Source: Lytechinus pictus (Eukaryota). Taken from it: a DNA stretch of 64,000 bases. The notes beneath the pieces were generated by a model, which did not search any database, was not told the DNA's origin, and worked only from the letters and a program-made list of their open reading frames with translations. The position numbers were made by a program, and so were the translations under genes. Each line of letters starts with the position of its first letter. Within the stretch, counting starts at the first letter, position 1. Below are positions 34,601 to 49,063 of the stretch, in pieces. Location of the stretch: NCBI RefSeq assembly GCF_037042905.1, contig NC_087245.1:34412001-34476000 (forward strand), written 5' to 3'.

Positions 34601-37600
34601 TTTTTTGCATTTTTCTTCTTTTGCACTGATTTATGCAAAAATTATTTTTAATTCATAATTCAGTGCTTTTTCAATAAAATAAATAACAATTCTAGGTGAG
34701 AAAATAGTACTTTAATGCATTATAACAGGCCATGGGCCTACATGTACAGGTATATACCGGTAGTATATAGTAGTACAGTAGCTTTATACATTGGGCAGTA
34801 GGAATGTTTGCTACTGTTCATGCGATTGTCTGTGTACTTGCTTTCCATCAGAGAGATAACGAGTCCTGAACGTGGAAATTGAATTAGCATGTCATACGTC
34901 ATAGCATACCACACTCTATGTAGGTGGAATTGAAAGCAATCCAAAAAGCATTGGCCAGTATTTTGTGGATATGTTTTCATTCCAACAAGGGGAGAAACAT
35001 TCTATATCGCATCATATTCCATTCTTTAACCTGGGTATCTAAAGCTTGCACTCATCGATGGGCTTACAAAGCCTTTTATTTGCATGCATGACTACTAAAC
35101 AGAAGGAACCAAAAGTAAAATGTGAAAAATTGTTTTAATACCAACTAAGAAATATTACAAAACTTTCCCCAGGAATAGACAGTATGACAGTACTACATAC
35201 AGAAGTGACAAAATGGTGAATCACAAAATTCAGTTTAAATATATAATAAGGCCATGGAATTGACCTGTTCAGGTCAATTCCATGGCCTTATATATAGTGA
35301 GATTGAGAGACAGATGCATGTACTACAGGCAGAGGGAAGGGTGGTGGATTGGGGGCCGGTTTTTCAACTTTTATCTTTTAGGGTTGGCAATCATTTATTG
35401 CACACAGTAGCATTTACATCAATCATCATGTCCTTGTAATTATTCTAAATATATAAAAGATAGAGAGTGCAAGAAGCTGTCAATGAACATTGATAATTTG
35501 GGTTTTGATGCATTTAATGAAGGAGGCACATGTACTATGCATAATGACTTTGGACAATACATTGTGAAGACATCTGCAGATCTCAAACCTTGTAGCATAA
35601 CTTGCGTTTAATCGATTTTTTTCATTGATTGTAAAAATAAATATTTTTAAAACGCATACATGGAAAATGCATTTTTTTTTGTCTTTGTGAAAGGCAATTG
35701 TGCAAGAGCAAAGACTCCAAACTTTGCATGAACACAGCAGAGTTTTCAATCATCCGTTTTGGACATGTCTCGTTTTGAATACACTCCAAGTCTGGCCTTA
35801 ACTTCCTGGGTAGAACTCATTGATCTGTGATGTATAGTAGGTGGGCTTAAAAAAGAGAGTTCAAAAATAACAGTGTTTGTGGTCTAATTTGGGTTTATTT
35901 CTTTTGATTGTATTAGAAATTTGATTGAAAGTTTAGAACGCACACTTACAGCTACATTATATGATGTCAATCTATACATATCAAAGGAACATACTGTACA
36001 TACCCTATACAGCATTTGTCTTGGTATCTGCATCAAAACAAAAGGTCTGAGGGGCAAAGACTATGGCATCAACAAAATATTTCCAGCCAAAGAAACAGAT
36101 GATTATTAGTTTACCGAAAATAACACTCCCTCTCCCTATCTCTCTCTCGCCAAAGGCTAACTTGATGAAATATGACATGTACTGATGTACATATGATGTA
36201 GATCTGTGGTGCATTAGCATTTGGAATAGGAATTAGCCAATCATATTGCTACATATTGACTTGTTATGTACACTGTATAGATATTATAAAATTACTCTCT
36301 ATCTGCCATGAATGTGCACATTTTGGCATACATGCACATGAAAGCATTTAACCAACAGTGTGACCTTTCAGATAATGGATGTCTATTCTGTTTGAGCTTC
36401 ACATATAAAATTTAGGGAAGAAAAGCACTACAATGGGCCTACATGTATACATGTTTCATAGATGGTGAATAATTCTTGATACAAAAGCTAAGTGAATTCT
36501 GTTAATTACCGGTAAACAAAAATAATAACAATAAATGGGAAAAATTATACCAAATTCTGGAACTTGTCTGGCTTTGATGAGGAAAAGCCTCTTTCCCGAA
36601 AAAGATGCAATGTTGGATTTGCACATGTACGTATACATGTACAGTGTACATGGTCATATTTCTTTTCATAAAACTCAAGAATAACACACAAGTGAAGCTT
36701 ACTTATAATTTAATAATCCAGGTTTTGATATAGACCACTAATCTGAAAATATGCAGCAATTCAGTTACAATTATCACCTCCCATTCTAATAGAACACAAT
36801 AAATCATTTCATTCGTATGAAATTCATCTCAATTTATACTTGATAATATCTTGATATGGTACTAATTCAATTTAAATGAATTTTATAACAGTACATGTAC
36901 ATCTCTTTCTGATCCTAATTTCATGGATTTACGTCGTAGCACCATTGTGTCATCCATTATAATCTCTTGACTCCCTCAGAACACAGCTGCCGTAAAATTA
37001 TTCCCAAATGACGTTTATCTCCTGATTAATTAGCTCATTTCCCCCACCCAGAATAACTTCCCCAAATCCCCTTGTTAAAAAAATACATGATAAAAACAAA
37101 TACATGTATGCATCAACACTTTATACTCTGAAGGAAATAAGTTTTGATTTTCATAAAATGATTTCATATGCACTGCAGGCCTATGTGTATGATATTGTTC
37201 TTGAAACAATAACCTCCTTCTGCAGGATCATAAAAACACTTTAATTGTTTGGTTTACAATGAATACCCATAACTTTTACTCTTCAAGATTATAAATGTCA
37301 GCAAATTCAGCATTAACTTTGTATGGGTTGTTTGGTTTCACAATTCGCATTGTCTCATAAATGTCATGTATGTCCTGTTTCTTTCCTTCCAATATTTACT
37401 GTATGTGGACCTGCTTCTGCTGGCATTGTGAATGAAGTGTACCAATGAAAACTTCTGAAAACTGGAAAAATAATCCTTGTACATTATACTCTGCATGAAT
37501 GTGCCCAGTGAATTAAAAATCACAAACTTTCTGAGGATAAAGGGATTAAATCAAATTTTATGGAAAACAAATGTAGACTCTCCCTCTTACCTGCTGCACT

Positions 37601-40600
37601 TGATTGCCCAAGTATTAAAGGACAATTATTGAGAGGGTAAAAAAAATTGTTTCCGGTACTGTAAGAATGGAATTCAGAGTCCCTTCCCGTCATTTTCGTC
37701 TACAAAATTTTTAGCATAATTCATGAACAAGAATACTCCAAAGTACAGATTATTTCACTATGGAAAAACTTTAATATAAAGATTTTATTTCTTTTCCTTA
37801 TTTTCATTTTCCTCTAATGTAAAAATCTAAAGGAACCAATGCATTTGTTTCTCTGCAAAAGGCAGTAGGCTATACACTGTACATGTACAATACATGAGCA
37901 TGGAACAGGACTTTATAATGCCTGTTGGAGAAACTGTAAAAAAAAAATCTGTCAAATTTGCCACCTGTGCTATTTATTTCCAACTGAACCATCAAAGATT
38001 AATAGAATGCCATAGCAACTAGGCACTAATGGCAACATCAATGCAAACAAACGCAGGAGTGGCATTGGTGTTCAAATAATTGTACATACAACCCATTGCT
38101 ATATATGTCTGCCTAGAAACAATTAAAGAGTATAATTAGTTTAATAACAAGCATCCTCAGGCTTTACATCAGAAGTATTTAGACCTACAGTCCCTGTACA
38201 TACAATGTACCAAGTGCAAACAAAGAAAATTACAAGTATTTCACTTTTCAGTATAAATTTCAATAGGAATTTGGTGGTGATACATGTAAATGTCTTCACT
38301 CACCACTTCGAGAGAAGAATATAGCAAGGAAAATTTTTCACTTTCTCTTTTCAGTAGTAACCAGTGACACTGTCCCTTTTAATATGTAGCCCTACATGTA
38401 CATGTCGGCCTACATGCATACATTTGAGAGGGAAACCCCGCCAACTCCCCAAACTTTGAGAAGGGATTATGTTATGAATTCATCAGGTAAAACCTACAAT
38501 CTACAAGTAAAGTACACGTAAATCCAGGCCGACAAGTAAATCTTATTATTTCAAAAATAGTAATATCCACAAACTGAAAGGTTAAAATATCATATCATTC
38601 ACCTCACACCCGTTTTCATTGAATTCATGACTGATAATGATATAGTTGCATGGTCAATGTACAGTACATGTATGTTCATTTTCTGTTACTTTTTAAACAC
38701 ATGCATGTACACTGGAGATAAGAAAACTTTTAAAAGGGGGGAGTGAACTGTGTGTGGTCTCTCATTGGCTGTGTGTTATAATTACATAGTCTTAAAATAT
38801 ACATTTTCGGATATCTACTAATACTACAGAGAATAAATTGACTTATAATTGTATTTGTATAGAGAAACTAAAATGTTTTGTAGAGGAAAAGTAATTGTTT
38901 TGCTTCTTAGTACATAATTATTGCGGTATAAATGTATTGAGTAGTTAATTAGCATGTTATCATTCAAGTGGGTCTATATTACTAAACTACACTAGCATTA
39001 TGGGTCAGGAAACTGGCCAGGTATGAGAAGTTGAGGACTCGAGATGGCACTATTGGTTCGTATCTGCTTTAAGAACCAGAAAAGTGTTTTGAATTGATAG
39101 ACCAAACCATTTTTAATATATTCCTGCATTATTACAGTGATAATGCAAGCCAGCACTTTTGCCTGTTTCAAACAACAACCATAATACAAAATAAAGTCAT
39201 ACAAATTGTAATCAGAACAAGGAACTGAGCATAATTATATTCACTGTCTTTAACTCTATTATATAAGATTGTTTGTTAAAATTGGGACATTGCATACTGT
39301 ACATATACGCCTACTGGTAGAGTAGCTTCAATTATATATTTTTTTTAAGGTATGGTAATTTTGTTTTGATAGTTTCACATAAGTGTCAGACAACACCGAG
39401 TCTGAACAGAGCATTGGGTCACATGACCAATATCCTTTCCGTCAGGCTCTTCCTAAAATTGGCACTCATTCCAGAATGTGTCACTTCCTAGATTGAAAAT
39501 GGATTTGGCTTCCAGACTTTGCCTGTAATAACCTCTGCAGCTCTCCCCAATGCCCTCAGATGTGACCCTGTTCTATGGGAAAACTTCCACTAAAAATAGC
39601 TCTTTAAAAAAAAAATTGCTATATACCATTTCTGGCACCTTCCTCTACACTTTTCCCCTAAACTTGCTACAGTACATGTACATGTATATATTTTAATTGA
39701 ATTCTACATGTATGTAATTACAGCATGACCCTTCAATAGGCTATTGGTATACATGTAGAGTACAGAAGATAATCTTTTCCGGTATAATTTCTGATGCATT
39801 TTGTGTGCATTCACCTCCCCAAAGTTCACTTGTGTTTTGTACTTCATACCAGTGATAATGTTATGTAGTGTACATTACCTCCAAGCACCTGATCTTCAGA
39901 TGAATTATAGATCATTATCAAGTATCCTATTATGACTGTTAAAATATTGGCACGTACATCATAACTAGACCCATTTTATATTTTAAAGAATTGAATAATG
40001 AAAAATAAAAGGAAGACAAAGGAGGAGGATAGGATAGCAGAACCTCTATACAGAATGATGAGAATTAGGATTTGAATATGCAAGTGAAAAAATAAATGTC
40101 ATGTACCAGCGTGCATGTACTGTAAATCATTTCTAATTGAAATATTATCAAGTTTATTATATTTCTGTGCTGATTAGGCCTATATGAAATGTATATATAT
40201 TTTATTAGAGTGAATTTGATTGAATTAAAAAGTATTTTCAACATTATATTTGAATGTGATATGTACATGTATCCTACATGTACCAGCATTGCCGGTTTTA
40301 TAGGATGCTTCATGAAGTCGTTTAAAAACCACGGATGTCACAATTCCCTGTTTAAACATTGAAAGAACAATGGCCATTCATCAAGCTCTCAATAAAGGGG
40401 TCATAAATTTTCGCAGAGAACAGCCGAAGCACCTTTTGATTTATCATCTTCCAAAGTACAAAGTCATGACTAACATAATCCCATACACATTCACTTTAAT
40501 TTCCCTGTAAATTACATGGAGTGCCTATTGTGATTCATTTCTGCTGGTAGAGCGAAGCCATACAGCAGGGAGTACCAGTTTACTCTCAATTGGATTATGA

Positions 40601-41214
40601 AGGGAGATGGTTAAAAATGATTTTTTTTTTTCACCGATACTGTTCTATAATCCTCCAATGTTCCAAGATGAATTGGTGGATGGGGCAGGTACATGTATCT
40701 CAGAGACTTTTACACAAATTTGAAAATATCAATGTTACAGAGCTCAGAGATAGACAATCAAAATAAATTATTAATCAATATTAATTTTCATTTCTATTGA
40801 ACTGTGCAATCCGAGGGGATCTAAAACTTTGGACAGGACATATCTTCCGTTTTTTATAAATATGAAATTGAATAGAACAAAAACAACCTAGCATTATTAA
40901 TGGTATACAAAAGTTTTTGCATTCTAACAAAGGTGTGCACACTAGCTTGGAGAACAATACAGTTTAACTCTGCATAAGTCGAAGTTGCATTAGTTGAATA
41001 ATCACAATCACCTTTAATATAAGTCCAAGGCCCAATCCTGGTCACTAGTCTTTTTTTTTCTTTTGTTTTGGACCCATCATAAATAGATTTTTGCGTATTA
41101 GAGTCGAATCTATTTCTTCAGTCCCCACAGACTCGACTTATGCGGATTTAATTGTACGTACATGTAGTGAAACTGGTACGGAGTAATATCCGACTTGATG
41201 ACATAAGAGGTCTG

Positions 41215-41477
41215 GGCCCCGTCTTACAAAGAGTTCAGATTGATCCAATCAATCGTAACTCTATGGAAATCCATCAGTGTCATAATTTTTTCTACAGGAA
41301 ATTTGCAAAATATCCTTTGTAAACAAAGGATAAATTGTCAAGAAATCAATGAATTTATGGATATACATTCATATCTAAAAAAAAATTTGAACAAACATGC
41401 ATTTTATATGTTGACTTTGCTGGCTTTCCATAGTTGCAATTGATCGGATCGGTCGCAACTCTTTGTAAGATGGGCCC
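41215..41477. mobile_element. PIF/Harbinger-like MITE with CTG TSD
   Basis: CTG|GGCCCCGTCTTACAAAGAG ... CTCTTTGTAAGATGGGCCC|CTG. Confidence 0.82.
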
Positions 41478-42471
41478 CTGGTCTTACCACGCTCCTCAAA
41501 CTAACAACTGAGAACATGCATTGTCAAAGCCAAGCACTTGCCTCTCATTCGGGTTAAACTCAACGCATCACTCATCCTGAGCACTCCTTCATTACGGCTA
41601 AATTCACAAATTATCACTCGCAGGCAATCGCGGCGCTGCGGTCATTAAGAGGCACAGCTTCGCCGTGGTGATAATCACTATGCACAACCTCCAGGGGAAT
41701 GAGACGCTAGGAGACGCAGCGCGAGGAAGTGCGAGAATCAGGTGACAAAAAATCCCATACATTTTTTTCGTGGCAATGTTACCTTATCCCCACAATTTTG
41801 GAGAAGAGGACCTCCTTTTCTTTTCGTATGATCGGATGCGCCTGTGGGGGGAAACGGGGATGAAGTTGTGAATATTCAATTGCTTTGTGTGGATATCTTG
41901 GTCTTCACTCATGCGTAAGGTGTGTGTGCATGTGCAATGCCTCTTTGTTTTGAGCTATCCTATCAAAACAAATCTACAATGTATTTCAGACACCTCACAT
42001 TACATTATCATTTCTCGTTTCTCAATCTCATTCATATCAGCTGAATGCCATCAGTAATGACCATGAAAAATGGAAATTTGAACAGGACACAGGAGAACCT
42101 TCCAATGGAATATTGTAGACTTCATATGATCACTTGATGTTTGATGTAGTACATACAATCGACTGATTCGGTTTGGGTGCTGTTTTCATAAGGGCTGGGA
42201 CTAAAACCCGGGTCCCGCACAGAAACCTCGGGTACCCGGGTAGAAAAATCAATACCCGATACCCGAAAATTGCTTACCCGTATAACGTATATGTATTTGA
42301 TTTGTATTGCGTAGTGTAAGACATGATTGTAACTCATAACAGTACACAAATCTCATCTTGAATCTCGCCAATCTGGGAGGTTTCAAGATGATCTTTGCAC
42401 TGACATAGCAACACACCTGACTTATTGCATAATCTATTGAAAGTGATTTTGTTCTTCTTTGGGAGCCCATA

Positions 42472-42924
42472 CACACCGTTCTCACTACCTTCCTGAAACT
42501 AGTTTCCTGGAAACTAGTTTAGTGGAAACTAGTTTAACGTATAATGAGAACTGTCAAAGCGATCTTCCAAACTTATTCATAAAACCACCTCGCGATGTAG
42601 TTTTCAGGATCGCTTTGCCTCGTTAAACTGGTTTTAGCGTAAAAAAGGACACAACCGTTCTTCAGGAAGTGATCTTCGCACATTTTGAGCGCGCTACTCC
42701 ACGCACTGTGTGTAGAATGCCTACGCCGCGGTTTCAAATTTCACCCGAAAACGTGTCACCCCACTGAGAGCGTTCCCAAAGCAACGAGATCACTTTACGT
42801 GAAGTGATTTTGAAAACCACTTTCGTGTGATCAAATGGGAACGCTAGCAGAGCGATCTTCTAAACTGGTTTCCTGAACCGGTTTCCAGTAGACTAGTGAC
42901 AGAAAGCATAATGAGAACAGTGTC
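42472..42924 (+). mobile_element. ~450-bp MITE, copy 1 of 3 (GACACCGTTCTCA TIR family)
   Basis: ACACCGTTCTCA ... TGAGAACAGTGTC; colinear with 55209-55658 and reversed relative to 51668-52115. Confidence 0.85.
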
Positions 42925-42974
42925 CTAGTTATGGCTGCTAAAGAGGCTTCCCATGAGCAGCCATGTTGAAAAGA

Positions 42975-43419
42975 ATCCCTGTTAAATTACGAGAATATTT
43001 TTAGGCTAAAAAATACCCATTAATTATTCCTGCATTCACACCGCCCCGAAACATACCCTTCGGGATAAATTCCTGAAGTTAGGAGCATGCGCAGTATGGT
43101 CTAATAAGCAGGCAAGGCGCGAGATTCAAAACCACTAGCCCAGCAGCCACCCACGGCGCCCGCGCCCAACGACACGCTTGGCTAAAAGTTCCCGTAAATT
43201 GCTTTCACATTGCCAAAATACCTGCGACCTTGGAAAAATCCCCGCGAAAGTTCTCGTAATTTCGCCAAGTACCTACTATTTAGCGGGTATTATCTTTCGG
43301 GGAAATTACGCGTAGTTTGCTTTCACATTACCAAAATACCTGGTATTTTCTGATCGGGGTAAATTTCCCGATCAGAGAATACCTGGAACTGACGAACTTC
43401 GAGGCGGTCTGAAACCACC
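42975..43419. mobile_element. Truncated MITE with repeated GC(A/T)TTCACA modules, inside a smaller inverted-repeat element
   Basis: Terminal GAGGCGGTCTGAAACCACC; the flanks GAGCAGCCATGTTG (~42955) and CAACATAGCTGCTT (~43435) are inverted. Confidence 0.5.
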
Positions 43420-44095
43420 TATTGTTACATCCTCCAACATAGCTGCTTGTGACGTCACATGGAAACCCTTAATTAGTTCCAGTGTACTGGAAGTAAATTT
43501 CATCTGTAGAAGTGTCATTATGAAGAAGTATGAACATTAAGAGCTGAACAGATAGTCTCGACCACTACAGTATCAATCTAAAAAAAAAATCAGTCTTTCA
43601 CAGTCAAGGAGGTACTGAATAGGATGAGGACCATTCATGAGGACCGGCCGAGCTATAATGTGGGCTGTAATTGTGGGCCCTGTATTGCATGTAGTTTATA
43701 ATCAAGTTTTTTGTCAGTTTTCTATAATTGATTGCATTGATTATTATGTATGATCTATGGTAAAAAAAATCAACCCCACTATCAATCGCTATAAAGCTTT
43801 ATATCTATACGAAGCCTTGCAATTATCAGGACTGATGTAGTCTTCTAGATTGCTTTGCTGCATACATGTAGATCGGTTTAGGATGTAATGAGGACGGAAA
43901 CCACACCGCAAAGTGGTCTACATGAGGAAGTATAAATTGTGTGATTTGTGGGAAATTATTGGGTGGCCAAGAACAATGCGTCAAGTTTGTATACCATGAG
44001 ATTGATTGAGTCGCACTCCCGTGACTGCCCCAATAGCAACAACAACTTCACTGATGCTGCAATGTGAACAGAAAGGAAGCATACCTCTGGATCTG

Positions 44096-44266
44096 GGGCC
44101 TGTTTGATAAAGAGTTGCAAGGACTTGCAACTGTTGTAACTTTGCCATTATGGCAACTACCATGGCAACCTTGATTCTGATTAAATTGGCTGCTGAGCCC
44201 TGTTGCCATGGTAGTTGCCATTATGGCAAAGTTACAACAGTTGCAAGTCCTTTGTGAAACGGGCCC
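44096..44266. mobile_element. PIF/Harbinger-like MITE with CTG TSD, almost fully palindromic
   Basis: CTG|GGGCCTGTTT...GGACTTGCAACTGTTGTAACTTTGCCAT / ATGGCAAAGTTACAACAGTTGCAAGTCC...AAACGGGCCC|CTG. Confidence 0.82.
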
Positions 44267-44902
44267 CTGATCAGTGGATTGGTCCATAATGAATTGCACA
44301 AGAATGAAAGAACATGGATAATGGTTAAATCTCTTACATGTATTTGGAATCAAATTAATCTACTGTAATTTTTAAAAAATTGAGAAATATAGATATTTCA
44401 CATTCAAACTTGTTCTTCAACAGTTGAAGGCTTTTTCAGACAGATTTTTCTTTATCTCTTTTTTAATATTCCACTTTTCAAAGAATACATGTAAACTAAC
44501 TTAAAATATTCAAAATACATTTTGAATAAAAACCTAGACTGAAAATGACTACCTTTTGCACTTTTGTTATTGCACAGGAAGTCAGATGGTAGGTTCTGAT
44601 GACATGTCAGTTTAGCTTATTCTATTGATGATACTATCAATTCAAACACATATTATTACAATTGTGTCATGAACAAGGGTAAGAGATTTCCCTAAATAAG
44701 CACTAAGCTTTGGGAAAAAAACAAAGAAGCACTGTATGGCAAAATACTTGGTCTACAATAAACACCAACATGTAGATGGTCAGTCAACCAAATTGTTATC
44801 GGAGTACAGGTATCCTCTGACTTTAGTAGTATTTTAGTAGTGTATTGGTTAATCTACCAAAAGTTCTGTAGTACACATATTCTGTACATGTAGTTTAAAA
44901 CT

Positions 44903-45581
44903 AACAAGTGGAGCACCTCTGGCAGTCTAACCTGCATCACACGATTCAATATAGCAGCAGTGCTGACTTTGAAAACTACTATAAAATAATTATTCACAAA
45001 AAACACCATTCATATAATGATACAATACTCTGTTAATTGACAATAAATGACATTTGACCTTGATCATGCGACCTAATACTTGTCAGTAATAATTGATTAC
45101 CCCTATATCCACATTTCATAAACTCTGAAAGTTATGACAGCAATCTAATAGTTACCTCCTAAATGGCCAAAGTTCATTGACCTTAAATTACCTTTGACTT
45201 TGGTCATGTGACCTGAAACTAAAATGAGATGTTCAGTGATACTTGATTACCCTTATGGCCAAGTTTCATGAACTAGGTCCATATATTTTCTAAGTTATGA
45301 TGCCATTTCAAAAACTTGACCATAAGTTAAGATTTTGATGTTGATTCCCCCACATGGTCCAAGTTCATTGACCCTAAATGACCTTTGACCTTGGTCATGT
45401 GACCTGAAACTCAGGCAGGATGTTAAGTAATACGTGATTAACCTTATGTCCAAGTTTCATGAACTAGGTCCATATACTTTGTAAGTTATGCTGTCATTTC
45501 AAAAACTTGGTGTTGACGCCGCCACCGCCATCGGAAAAGCGGTGCCTATAGTCTCACTCTGCTATGCAGGTGAGACAAAAA
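44903..45581 (-). mobile_element. HINE-like element with internal TGACCTTTGACC tandem repeats
   Basis: AACAAG start with inverted sub-terminal repeats GTCTAACCTGCAT / ATGCAGGTGAGAC, A-run end, and three degenerate internal units. Confidence 0.7.
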
Positions 45582-47024
45582 TCACATGGATGTGTAGGCC
45601 TATCCTAACAAGACCCGTATAAAATATTGATAGTATTCATAATTAACATGAAAATGCATTTTGATTTGGAAAAAAATACAATTATGTAGGCCTACTTGTA
45701 TTTTGTCATCTGAAAAACTAAAAAAGAAAAAGCTACAAACATGTACCATATGTATAAAGCTGGTGTAATTTTCTTCGTCTTTTTTTTTTCTATCAAGTTT
45801 TGAGGAGCTCTAATCTGGTATTCATATCAGGAAGTCTTGCTCTCTTGAATTTCATTTCTGGAAAGACTGCTGGGCCAGATCATCCCCTCACTCACCTTGC
45901 CATTGACCTTAACTGACCTTGGAGGAGAAGTGGGCTAAAAAACATCCTGCTTTTATAAGGGAAAGATTTTTTATACAGAATGCTGAGGGTTTCCACCTCA
46001 GCTACAATATCAGCCCTACGCACATGATATTAAGATACATGTAATGCATGCCAAATAACAGTTTGAATATATTGTTTACGTGATTACATGTATTTACATG
46101 GAAATGAAAACAGTAGGATATTTACGCCTACATGTAAATCATACAGCTGGAGGTGATTCTCAAAGAGTTTGAAACACGTACATGAAAGTGTGACTGTCAA
46201 TTTTTAAAGTCATGATTAAAGCCGACACACATACAGAGCTACTGGACACCAGGGGCCGCAGAAAGGTTTTTGCAAGTAGGGGAATGGCTGACCGAGCAAA
46301 AAAAAGCACAATTAAGTGGCAATATTTATGTTTACATGTATGTACTTTTTTTTTAATAGATGGGGGGGCTGAGGCCTCCATCCCCCTCCCCCATTCAAAT
46401 TTTTAGTCTAACAATAACTTGCAATGCTGAAGTATACTCATTTGTACCAGTTTAACTACTGTATACCATGGTTGAGCAACCCATGCTTATGGTACCTTGA
46501 TCAACCTAGCACTTTAAAGCCTATTCTATTATCAAGACCCTGTTACATCTAGAAAATTGGTGGCCCGGCCAGGCCAGCCCAAGGCCTGCCTCATGGAGAA
46601 GAAAAGGAAGAAGAAAGAACTTTTCACGAAGAATCTGTGGTCGAAAACAACCCTCTCAGGATGGAATGATGCTCCAGTATAATTCTCATTTTCCTTTACA
46701 TAAGGTTTAGACAAACTTTTACAGTAAGTATCTGTCTATGAATCTGCAACAATAGGTCAAGATTTGGATTACAAAGAAACAAACAAGAGAGAGAGAGAGA
46801 ACAGAAGGTAAACCCAGCAGGATTTTGGGTGTGGAGGACTCTGAAATCTCAGGAAGCGGAAAGAGTGATAAATGTGACATTAACCCCCCCCCCCCTTGAA
46901 GTACAGGATATTGGGTCTAACTGAGGAGATAATAATACCAAAAAATAAGTATCATAATACATGTAATATACATGTACATACATGTAGAGGGGAATATATT
47001 ATACTAAATGTATGATACGGTCGA

Positions 47025-47503
47025 CAAATAATGAATGTTTATGAGTGCAATGGACAGAATACTTCATGAGGTGAAAGATGAAATGATCCATTCAACGAGG
47101 CGAAGTCGAGTTGAATGGATCATTCATTTCTTCTTTCACCGCAATGAAGTATTCTGTCCATTGCATGAATGAAAAGAACATTCATTATTTGGTATATGAC
47201 ACCTAAAATAGATTCTTTTTCATATGAAATTTATTAATATTGATGCAAAATATGCTCATGCAGTGCGAGCTCGGTGCGCTGATTATCGCGTACATACAAC
47301 ATGCATGCTGCTGCACACGAGTGGTTGTTTTACTTGTGGTGATTGCAGTCTCGGTGTGCGCGTGCAATGGACAAAATCATATGGATCCAAAATTGCACGA
47401 TGAATGGATCCAAAATTGCACGGCTGATGTCATTGTAAAATGGGCTGAATTATCGATATCAAACAACCAATCAAATGACAAGGATCTATCTAGGTGTCAT
47501 ATA
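47025..47503. mobile_element. Non-autonomous element with a long terminal palindrome plus a second inverted repeat (Crypton-like architecture)
   Basis: Hairpin 47025-47191 centred on GAGGCGAAGTCGAG; TATATGACACCTA (47193-47205) / TAGGTGTCATATA (47491-47503). Confidence 0.55.
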
Positions 47504-49063
47504 ATTTGTAATATCAGGCATGATACCATCACGTATTTGAGATGCAACAAGTATCTGTGTACAAGAGACAACCAAGCCTTGAATTGAAAAATAATATGGC
47601 ATACTCTTGGAAAATTGCAATCCCTAATATTTCGATAAACTATCCCAATTATATCCTTGCCGATCGGTATCGGGTAAATAGTGTTTTATACAAGAATGAG
47701 ATACATTCTTGTGATAGGAAGACACAATCATGTGGATAGAGAAAGGACATTTTGTCAGTATTAAAAGCATACAGCCATGCACATGTACGTAGTACTAGTA
47801 TTCTATACTACTGACGCAGTGGTTTATATTACACCAGTCCTCAAGGCACTCAAAGAGACAGAGAAAACACTGCATGCGAATGCCCGATCTACTGAATAAA
47901 GTGGTCTGCTTGGAGAACGAGGATTGGGAGTTCACTGCAGCTCGCATGCTCATCTCATGCATTTTCATGTACATGGAATGAAGAAATGGCCCATTTGCAG
48001 GAATGCACTCCTTGATCACAGTGAATAATCTCAACGGCAAAGGATTGGGAAATATACAGGACTTTACACATGTACATCTGTACAAGTACATGTACATGTA
48101 GGCCTACAAACTCAGTTCAAGGAATAGCATGCATCAAAAGCTTATTGTAAAACCGTTTCTTTTCCAAATATTACTTAAAAATGCAAGAGATTTCATGACC
48201 ATAATAATTTTCCATAAATACACATTACAACAGTCATAATTTGATGCCTGCCTCCTCATTCACACATGTACAACATGTGAGATTTTATTGACATGTCTTC
48301 ATACATTGTAAAGAGGATTAATTAGGATTTCTCTCCAAAGCTGAAAAGTCCTCTAAAAGAAATGAGCATTTAAGCCTATCTCATCCTATTGTTATACATG
48401 TACATATAGCCTGGTATCATCTAAAATCTATTAAAAATAGAAAGTCTTTCAATTTGTCAGCATCATATAGAGTGGTCGCAAAGCTATAGAGCAATCAGTT
48501 TGGATGGTTTTTTTTACAGTAATTTTCAACTGGGGAAGGGGGTTTTCAAGTACATGTATGCCTTTAATTCATAAACTGACATTGGAGAAAAAAAAACATT
48601 ACATGAGAGTGCCTTTGTAGTTAAAAACAATTATCTATTCTGCATTGGAAATATTGACCAAAAAAAGACACCAGACCCTCCCCCCCCCCCCCTCCTGCCT
48701 CATACCAATAAGATTGGACAGAAGCCAGCTTGTAAATTTAATTCAAGGTGTTGTTTCACAGATAAAAACAGACAATAAAAGTTCAAGGATAAACATCTGA
48801 GACATGATAATCAAAATATCTGTTTACTCATCACTGAGCTGTTTCAATGGGAATTACAGAGCAATATTAATTACTTATGTAATTTTTCTCATTTTCTCCA
48901 TAATCAAAACCAAATCAAAATACATGTACAAGGGAAAATAGCCATTAATTACATCTACATGGATGTACATGTAACAATGTAAAATGTTCAATTTTTTTAG
49001 AATTCTCACAACCCCCCCCCCCAAAAAAAAAAAAAAACCCTCCCTTTAACCAAAGCCGAAAAA

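Noticed and set aside
39460..48010. TEAD-like CATTCC/GGAATG motifs in the syndecan intron as Hippo feedback sites
   Set aside because: A 6-mer is expected about ten times by chance in 30 kb; no evident enrichment.
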